From assembly GCF_009914755.1 (NCBI RefSeq), contig NC_060934.1: a stretch of DNA of 64,000 bases, one strand, 5' to 3'. Of this stretch, positions 54,571 to 64,000 are shown in pieces; position 1 is the stretch's first letter; each line of letters opens with the position of its first letter. The DNA is from the human T2T-CHM13v2.0 reference genome, Homo sapiens. Below the pieces are notes generated by a model, which had not been told where the DNA came from, did no database searches, and worked only from the letters and a program-made list of their open reading frames with translations. The position numbers and the translations under genes are program-made.

Positions 54571-57500
54571 GGCTAGTAACTTTGAATTAAACTCATGGAG
54601 AGATCAGGTCAGGCAAACCTCTGCATTGTGTTAGGGTAACATTTGGAGAACTACCAATTAAGCTTTGTGGAAGTGCTCAGCTGAGGATATACCTTGCCAC
54701 TCATTTGCTGGAATTCTGGTATAAATTGGTGGGAGGTCAAAGAGACATGTGTCTCAAACAGTCTTTAACTTCAAAACTGAGTGGAATGAGTCCTGGATGA
54801 GGTATTTTGGATGGAAAACCAGACACAAACTACATGCAATATATTCTTTACTAAATTAACTAACCTTAAAAATATGTTTTATAAATTTCTGAACTAGAAA
54901 TTCAATTTGATACCATCTTCCACCGGCCCACATTTGTTGTTTTAAATAAATTTGGAGTCCTTTGGGCACATTAAAAGATGGAGAATGTCAGGTCTGCTTG
55001 GATATGTTCAAGGCATGGCCCTGTTTGCCATAGACATGGGGTTTATGCAAACATGGCTATTCCTCTAAGGCTTGCAGTCCACTCAGTTTTGGAATCACAG
55101 TTGCAGAGATTTCTTAATTTATTTGTCTGTGTCGATGCCTCGCTTAGTGCTTTGAGTGTTGGAAACTTCCTCAACAATTTCTGCAGTTCTACCAATCTTT
55201 GCTGTGGGTTGCACAAAACAAAGGTAACACCAATTCAAGGTGCACTTTTTATTTGCCCTGGAATGATTCTACTCTTTTTTCCAGAATCATGAGATTCTCT
55301 GTCTCTGTAATGAGTGTTCTCTTCTATGTTTCAAGCTGTGTTTGTGAGAAGAATGCACATACCCTGCTCTGCCTGTTAGCTAAGGGACACCTACACAATC
55401 TGACCTGAGAAATGTCTCCCGATTTCCTGGGATTCATTAATTTCTGTTACTTCCTGCGTAATATTATCAGTCTCGTCCTGGGTGTCAATGCCCCACATAT
55501 GGCTAACTGAGTTATAAGAGGGCCTCTATCAGGTGTTTTTTTATTTCGTAGGGATAATTAGATCATTCTTCCTTCCTAAAGCCAATAAATAACCTATAAA
55601 CTCAACCACAATGTAAGGCTCTAGAATTGAGGGAAAAAAATGAAAATAAAAAAACAAAGTTCTTTTTGAAACAGTAATCATTTCAGAAATTCCTTTGGCG
55701 TGGCTCTAAACAATCATTTGGGTATTCAACATTCTCATGCCGTTTCTTCAACTTAAGTTTGTATTTCATGTAGTATCTTAAATTGTCTCTTAGGCAAAGT
55801 TTATATTTAAAAAAAAAAAGCAAAAAGGAAGAACACATGAAGGCAAATGCAGTTTAATATTTTAGTTAACTGTTATAAAAACAGTAACACTTTGTTTGAT
55901 ATGTTAATTAATCCAAGAGCATAACTCTAAACCATAAGCACCAGCATCCACACAAAGGGAGGTTTGAAAATTTGGACAAACTAACAATGGAAGCCAAATT
56001 TAGCTTTGCATGTTGTCAGCTAACCTTCCCTAGACTTCTGGGGCTCAGACCATGGCATATATACCAAATTTAGAAATTATTCAGTCCTGATGCAACAATT
56101 ATTAAATACTTGTTATGTCTCGGGTGCCAGTACTAAGAAAGATTCTGTTAGCATTCATTGCTGATATTCCAATAAAATAATCTGTATAATGTGCTTCGGC
56201 TAGCACTGCTAGATCGAATGTGAGCCTGTTTAGCCTTAGCTGTCATCATTGCTATTGCAACGCTGTAAAAGTAAGTCCTGGTCCGTGTGCCCAGGGCTTA
56301 ATAGAGAAGAGACCCAACTAAGTGAAAATCAGACTGTGTGTTTAAATAGAAACCTGGAAAAGGCTTGAAATGTATTTAGTCTATCAACAGTCTTCTTTAT
56401 GTTTTTATTTGGGTTCCATGGGAATGGGTTTCTGTGTAGGAGCTTTGATGCTTTAACGGCAGGAAAATATAAGTGTTTTCTTTGGCAAACTTTAAAGAGA
56501 GCCATAGAAGGCATCCAGGCAGATAGGGACAAATGTAGGAGTAGGAATACTGTAATGAATTTTTTATGTAAACCAAATAAGGTTTCTCTTCATTTTAAAT
56601 ATAATTCTTTATGTGTAGGAGTGGCAATAAACTAATAACACTACTGCTTCTATTTTCCAGAAGTTTATGAAATTCTAGTGAATGTTAATTGTTTCTAACT
56701 GAATATGAGTGTGAATACGAGTGTATATTAATTAAAGGTAATATGGATAGCGCAAATCGAATCAAGAACAGATTATCTAAGGGAAAGATGGAAATTCTGG
56801 GTGCCCTAGTTATGATATTTGAGAGTATTCCCTACACTGGACTGGTGCCAAGGACTGGTCATTTAAGGAAAGTAAGAGCTGACATCTGAGATTAAATCCA
56901 GTTTAATTAAGGAATGGAAGGTCATAATTATATTTTCGATATAATTATGAGTGTTTGGCTAACTACCACCCAAGCATTTTCCCAAATTCTTTCCTTTCTC
57001 TAACTTTTTCTAAATCTCTACATCATCTACTCATTGTAGCTTTTAGAGATACCAACATATCCTCGTTTATTGAAATAAAAAATGTAATTCGTCTTATTTT
57101 TATTGAGACTAAATTTATTTCACTCAAATTTCAAGGATCACACTGTGATCTGAATTTATTTAGTCCAAATTCACATTTTCTTCTGTTAAAAAAAAAACTA
57201 TCTAATTAAAAATACAAAAAAAAAGAGAAAGAATAAACAAATAAGATTGCTAAGATTTCTCTGTACCTCTAAGATTAAACCTGACTTTCTTGCAATGGTC
57301 TATCTCTCCACTCTGGCCCCTCTCCTCTCACCACTGCCTCTCTTCTCCTTCTTCCTGACCTTCTTCCACTTCCTCCAATGCAGCATAACCTAGCATGCTC
57401 GGGCCTTCATGCCTGCTACTGCGTATTGCAGGAAAATTCAACAAGCAGTTGCTTTCAGCACTTGTCATGTAACAAAGTCTCTATTGGTTTTACTTATATT

Positions 57501-57599
57501 TGCAGTTTACAATGAATCTTATAAGTTTACTAGCCAAGTGGAATATCTTTTTCTTTGTTTTTGCAGATTTTTTTTTCCTTGTGGTCTTTGTGATTCTTT

Positions 57600-59720
57600 T
57601 TCTTTTTAAATGACTTCAACTTTTATTTTATATACAGAAGGTTTGTTACTTAGGAATATTGCATGATGCTGAGGTTTGGAGTATGGATCCTGTCAGCAGA
57701 GAGTGAACATGGTACCCAATAGGTAATCTTTCAGCCCTATCTTCCTCCTTCCTTCCCCTTTCACGTAGTCCCCAGTGTCTATTGTTCCAATTGTTATGTC
57801 CACGAGTACCCAATGTTTAGCTCCTACTTATGAGTAAGAATATGTGGTATTTGGTTTTCTGTTCCTGTATCAATTCACTTAGGATAATGGCTTACAGCTG
57901 CATGCATGTTGCTGCAAAGAACATTATTTCATTCTTTTGATGGCTGCATAGTATTCCATGTTGTATATATGCCACATTTTGTTTATCCAATCCACCGTTG
58001 ATAGGCACCTACATTGATTCCATGTCTTTGCCATTTTGGATAGCACTGTGATGAACATAAAAGTGTATGTGTCTTTTTGGTAGACTAATTTGTTTTCTTT
58101 TGGTTATATACCCAGTAATGGGACTGCTGGGTTGAATGGTAGCTCTGTTTTAAGTTCTTTGAGAAATCTCCTAACTTCTTTCCACAGTAGCTGAACTAAT
58201 TTACATTCCCACCAACAGTATGTAAGCATTCCTTTTTTTCCCTTCAGCCTTGCCAGCATCTGTTATTTTTCTGACTTTTTAATAATAGCTATTGTGACTG
58301 CCAGGAGATGGTATCTCACTGTGGTTTTGATTTGCATTTCTCTGATGATTAGTGAATGTGGCACATTTTTTCATATGTTTGTTGGACACTAGTATATCTT
58401 TTTTTGAGAGCATCTGTTTATGTCCTTTGCCCATTTTTAATTAGTTTTTATGCTTGTTTTTTGCTTGTTGATTTAAGTTCCTCACATTAATAAATTCTGA
58501 ATGTTAGACCTCTCTTGGATGCAAAGTGTGCAAATATTTTCTCCTGTTTTGTCAGTTGTCTGTTTATTCTGTTGTTAGTTTATTTTGCTGTGCAGAAGCT
58601 CTTTTGTTTTATTAGGATCCACTTGTCAACTTTTGTTGCAATTGCTTTTGGGGATTTAGCCAAAATTTCTGTGCCAAGGCCAATGTCAGGAAGAAGAATA
58701 TTTCCTTGGTTATCTTCCAGGATTTTTATAGTTTTGAGTCTTACATTTAAATCTTTAATCCATCTTGAGTTTATTTTCATATATGTAGAAGGTATGGATA
58801 GAGTTTCAGTTTTCTGCATATGGCTAGCGAGTTAGCTCAACATCATTTATTTAATAGGGAGTCTTTCCCCCATTGCTTGCTTTTAATTGGCTTTGTTGAA
58901 GATGAGATGGTTATAGTTGTGTTTTCTGAGTTCTTTATTCCGTTTCATTGGTCTATGTTGTTTTTTTTGTTTTTTTTTTTTTGAAAGTGTCTCACTCTTT
59001 ACCAAGGCTGGAGTGTAGTGGCATGATCACAGCTCACTGAAGCCTCAGCCTTCAGGGGTAAAGCTATACTTCCCTCCTTAGCCTTTTGAGTAGCTGGAAC
59101 TACAGATACGTGTCACAACACCCAACTAATATTTTCATTTTTCATAGAGACAGGGTCTAACTTTACTGCCCAGGTTGGACTCGAAATACTGTGCTCAAGA
59201 GACCTCCTGCCTCAGCCTCCCAAAGTGCTAGGATTACAGGCTTGAGCTGCCAGGCCTTTACCCATTCTGTTTTGGTTACTGTAGCTTTGTAGTACAGTTT
59301 GAAGTCAGGTAATGCAATGCCTCTGACTTTATTTTTTTGCTTAGGATTGCCTTGGCTATTTGGGCTCCTTTTGGTTCCATAGGAATTTTAGAATAGTTTT
59401 TTCTAATTCTGTGAAAAATAACATTGGTAGTGTGATAGGAACAGCATTGAATATGTAAATTGCTTTGGGCAGTATGGTCATTTTTATGATAGTGAGTCTT
59501 CCAATCCATGAGCATGGAAGGTTTTTACACTTATTTGTGTTGTCTTGAATTTCTTTCAGCAGTATTTTGTAGCACTCTTTGTAGCGATCTTTCACACCTC
59601 CATGGTTATCCATATTCCTAGGTATTTCAACTTTTTGTGGCTATTTGGAATGACATCATGTTCTTGATTTGATGCTCATCTTGAACGTTTTTGGTGTATA
59701 GAAATACTACTGATTTTTGT
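57600..59720 (-). mobile_element. L1PA15/16-like LINE-1 3' portion, interrupted by AluJ
   Basis: gcatgatgctgaggtttgg 3' UTR; ORFs 58580-58819 and 59356-59613 translate as L1 ORF2 fragments ([22 protein letters not shown]). Confidence 0.92.
58958..59256 (-). mobile_element. AluJ
   Basis: gatcacagctcactg and gagacagggtct J diagnostics; diverged. Confidence 0.93.
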
Positions 59721-59899
59721 CCAAGTGGGATATTTTATTTGCCCTACAATTTTATCTTTGATATTTTAATGATTAAATTATGGGCCAAGAGAAACAGTAT
59801 TTGGAGGAGAAATCTCTGTCCTTTCTACATTTATACCTCACCATATTTTCCTTTCAGCTTTTATCGTTTTGCGCTGTATCATTATTATTATTTTAATTT

Positions 59900-60420
59900 A
59901 TCTAGAAATAAATACCCACTGCTAAAATATTATATATGTCAAAATTACAGATGTTGCTAACCTTTTAACCCAGCTCTTCTACTTCCAGGGATTTCTCTAA
60001 TGTCTGTTTTGAAACATGTACTGGATAACTTGATTTATTACAAGGCAAACTGTTTCACCTTTAAAATCACAAAAATTTTGCAACAAAATTCATGTCCATC
60101 TGTAGGGTATTAGTTGAATAAATTATGATATACTTATATCTAAAGCTAGAAAAAAAGAATTAGCAAACCAGATTCTGGTATGGGACATATTCTAAGACAC
60201 TGATAAGCATAAATATCAGAGAACAAAAGAATATGTATAATATGTATTAAATATAAATATATGGCATAAAAAGTCTCTGGAAAAATACACAAAAAAACTT
60301 CCAACATTTGTAATTTCCAAAAAAGAGAGGCAGGGATATTAAAAGTACTTTTTAAAAATACAATTTAGCTCTAATTCAGCATTCTGAATTTCCAACAATG
60401 TAAGTGAAATTTTTAATTAA
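59900..60420 (+). mobile_element. L1ME-like 3' fragment
   Basis: ccttttaacccagc..tctacttccagggattt; catgtccatc..aataaattatgatata. Confidence 0.55.
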
Positions 60421-60504
60421 AAAGGGAAGAGTTTCCAGTTAAGATGGCAGATTGAACATGTGAATTTACCTTTGCTCCATCTCCAAATCCCCATGACGCA
60501 ACAG

Positions 60505-60998
60505 TGTATGAGTGTCCCATTGCTGCCATAATAAGTGATCATGTACTCAGCAACTTACAACAACACAAGACCATTATCTCATAGTCTTCTGCAAGGAGTC
60601 CAGCACAGGTCTCACCACACTAACACTGAGGAGCTGGCAGTACTAGATTCCTGTGTGGAGGCTCTAGGGGAGAATTCTTGCTTTGCTTTTTCTAGTTTTT
60701 AGAGGCTGCCTCCAGTCCCTGGCTCCTGGCTCCTTTCCCCTATCTGCAAAGCCAGCAACACTGCATCTCTCTAACACTCCGACCTCACATCTTTCTCTAA
60801 CTACAGACTGAAAAGTTTCTCCACTTTCAAAAAATCATGGGATTAGTTAGGGCCAATTTGAATAATCCACAATAATCTCCCACCACAAGGTCATTAACTT
60901 AATTAAATTTACAAAGTCCCTTTGCCATGTAACATATTTACAGGGTCTGGGGATTAGGACATGGACATCTTTGGTGGGAGGACATTATCCTGTCTACC
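60505..60998 (-). mobile_element. MaLR solo LTR, MLT1D/E-like
   Basis: ggaggctctaggggagaat..tctagtttttagaggctgcc..ggggattaggacatggacatcttt. Confidence 0.88.
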
Positions 60999-61299
60999 TT
61001 GGACAATTACTTTGTGTTTGTTTCTTTTTAACAAAACAAATACACAAGAATGGGGACATCTGGTAAAGGAATTTTGAAAGAGTACACATGGAAGTGAGGG
61101 AAAAGGGGGCTGGATTCCATACTTGCAGTGGAGAACACTGGGAACTAAGTGTATTTCTGTTTCAAAATCCTCAAGTGTCTGAATAATGTTGTGCTGGTTA
61201 CTTTGGAAGTAGGAATAAAGCATAAAAGAACTTCAAACAAAGAGGATTATGTATTTGAAACTCTAAGCAGCATATACATTTCCCAGTCTCCTCCACATT

Positions 61300-61555
61300 T
61301 CCCTTTTGGTAGCATTCTGTTCATTTTTAGTTTTATATGTATTTTAGAATTGTTTTTCCCTATTTCTGTAAGGAATGCCGTTGGGATTTTGATAGACATT
61401 GCATTAAATATGTAGATCAGTGGGGGCAGTATGAACATTTTAACAATATTAATTCTTCCCATCTATGAGAAAGGGATGTCCTTCCATTTATCTGTATCTT
61501 CTTTAATTTTCTTCATAATTTTTTTCATATTGTACAAGTCATTTACCTCTATTTT
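61300..61555 (-). mobile_element. L1 ORF2 fragment (inverted copy of the 5' end of the downstream L1)
   Basis: ORF 61247-61462 translates GRINIVKMFILPPLIYIFNAMSIKIP (L1 ORF2). Confidence 0.9.
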
Positions 61556-62109
61556 TATGGACTGGAATAAGTTTCATTTTAAAAATTCAATACATAAAGG
61601 CCTACCTACAAATATGTTTTATATAAACTACTCCAATTATTTATTTTCACCAACCTATTGATTTCTCTACCAATGTTGAACCTAAATCTTCACTGTTTTA
61701 GTTTTAATTTACCACATTTAGTCTCTCAGAATTCAACAAACCATTAGTTATTTTGCCTCTTACTAGTGTAAGAGATTGATATGCTTGCAAATACCTTGTC
61801 TCAACCTTCATTTATTATTACAAATATTCCACATTTTTCCCCGTATCATCTTTATCTCATGCCTTTCAGTTGTCTAGGTTACCATACTATTATATTATGC
61901 ATTCTCTATTAGCTAACCTTCAAGTGTCAATAAGAGTCTAGTATTAAAGAGAAATCTTTTCATGTTTGCCATGGAGTTGCATGAATAACAAAATACAGTC
62001 TCTTACTGCAACCTAACTCTATATTTATCACTGTGGCTTTTTTGGTTTTATAGAATTTTTTATTTCTCCAAGTAAAATACTAAAGTAAACTCCTTGTTCC
62101 AGTCCATAA

Positions 62110-63990
62110 AATCTAAAGGTGAAAGACTTGTACAATGAAAAATTTTTCAAAAATTGATGAAGAAAATTAAGAAGATACAGCTAAATGGAAAGATATCCCT
62201 TTATATGGATTGGTTGGAAGAATTAAAATGTTCCCACTACCTCCAGTGATCTACATATTTAATGCAATGTCTATCAAAATCCCAAGGACATTGTTTACAG
62301 AAATAGAGAAAAACAATTGTAAAATTCATATGGAACTACAAAAGATCCTGAATAGCCAAGGCAACCTTGAACAAGAAGAAAGCTGGATGCATCACACTTC
62401 CTGACTTCAAAATATATTGCAAAACCATAGTAATCAAAACAGTATGGTACTGGTATAAAAACAGATATATAAAACAATGGAACAGCATAGACAGCCCAGT
62501 AATAAATCTACACATCTATGACCAACAGTTCTTCAACAAGGGTGCCAAGAATACACAATGAAGAAAGGATTTAAAAAAAAAAAACGGTTTTGGGAAAACT
62601 GTATCTCCAACTGCAGCCACATGCAGAAGAATGAAATTGGACCCTTATTTTACACCAAGCACAAAAATCAACTCAAAATAGTTTAAAGACTTAAACATAC
62701 AATATGAAACTGAAAACTATTAGAATAAAACATAGGGGAAAATCTTGACATTGGTTTTGGAGATGATTTTTTAGTTATGACATCAAAAGAACAGAGCAAA
62801 CTTGGACAAGTGTAATTGCATGAAACTACAAAGCCTCTGCATAGTGAAGGAAACAATTAACAGAGTAAAAAGGCAACCTACAAATTGGGAGAAAATACTT
62901 GCCAATCTTTTATGCGATAAGAAGTTAACATATAAAATATGTAAAGAACTTATATAACGGAATAGCAAAAAACCCTCAAATAACTCAATCATAAATGGAC
63001 AAAAGGCCTAAATAGACCTTTATCAAAGGAAGACAAACAAATGGCTAACAGGTTTATGAAAAAGTGTTTAACATTACTAATAATCTGGAAAATCCAAATC
63101 AAATTAAGATGAGATACCACCTCACACCTGTTAAAATGGCTGTTATCAAAAAGACAATAAATATTGGCAAGGATGTAGAAAACAGGGAACTCTTTTACAC
63201 TTTCAAGAAAAGTAAACTAGTATAGCCAAAAGGTTTCCTCAAAAAATAAAAATGAAAATCAAACTGGCTTATGAGCCAGCAATTACACTTCTAAGTACAT
63301 ATCCAAAGGAAATGAAATCAGTATCTCAAAGAAGTGTCTGTACTCTCATGTTCAATGGAGCATTGTTCACAATAGCCAAGATATGGAAACAAACTAAACG
63401 CCCAGTACAGAAAAATAAATACAGAAAATATGCTACATATACACAATGGAACATCGTTCAGCCTTAAAACACAAGGAAATCCTCAATGCCATCTGAGACA
63501 ACATGGATGAACCTGGAGGACATTATGCTAAGGGGAAATAAGCTAGACATAGAAAGAAAAATACTTCATAACATCACTTATATGTAGACTTTAAAGTAGT
63601 CAAATTCATAGAAATAGAGAGTAGAATGGTCTTTCCAGGGGCCAGGGAACAGGGAAAATGGGGAGATGGTCAAGCAATACATAGTTTCAGTTATGCAAGA
63701 TGAAAATTCCCTATAAACCCACTGCACAGCAATGTGAATATTGTTAACAAAACTGAAATGTGTGTTTGAATTTTACTAAGAAGGTAGATCTTAATTGATT
63801 TCACCACAGAAAAAAATAAAATAAAATGGTAACTATATGAGGTGATGAATACATTAAATTATCTTGATTGCTATCATTATTTCACAATGTATATGTATAT
63901 CAAAACATTAAGTCATATATACGTATTATTATATATAAATTATATATATATATATAATTTTTGTCAATTATACTTCAACATAGATGAAAA
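62110..63990 (+). mobile_element. L1MA-like 5'-truncated LINE-1 (ORF2 C-terminus and 3' UTR)
   Basis: ORF fragments ITLPDFKIYCKTIVIKTVWYW and TLMFNGALFTIAKIWKQ; 3' end tttgtcaattatacttcaa. Confidence 0.93.
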
Positions 63991-64000
63991 CAAATATGAC

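Noticed and set aside
56190-56210. gcttcggctagcac resembles the U6 snRNA 5' end
   Set aside because: Only about 14 nt with an insertion; the rest of U6 is absent
58515-63467. ORFs resembling reverse-transcriptase-element protein
   Set aside because: Short disrupted L1 ORF2 remnants; not competent elements

Overview
AT-rich primate, most likely human, non-coding DNA (large intron or intergenic). I find no credible protein-coding gene, tRNA, rRNA or recognisable miRNA, and I could not assign the locus. The ORF-track hits are repeat read-through or chance. About half the window is repeats: ten Alus, many L1, L2 and MIR fragments, MaLR (MLT1) and MER31-like LTRs, DNA transposon relics (MER82, MADE2, two MER63A-like copies) and microsatellites. 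Repeat family names come from recalled consensus sequences and need RepeatMasker confirmation. The best-supported unusual structures are two old local inverted duplications (42.8/48.1 kb and 61.3/62.1 kb), a closely spaced inverted AluY pair (14.0-14.8 kb) and an old L1 with twin-priming 5' inversion geometry (5.6-6.4 kb). Splice signals suggest, as inference only, a minus-strand multi-exon lncRNA (31.5, 17.8 and 8.5 kb) and a plus-strand 15-nt microexon (51641-51655). I see no evidence of a new multi-gene system.
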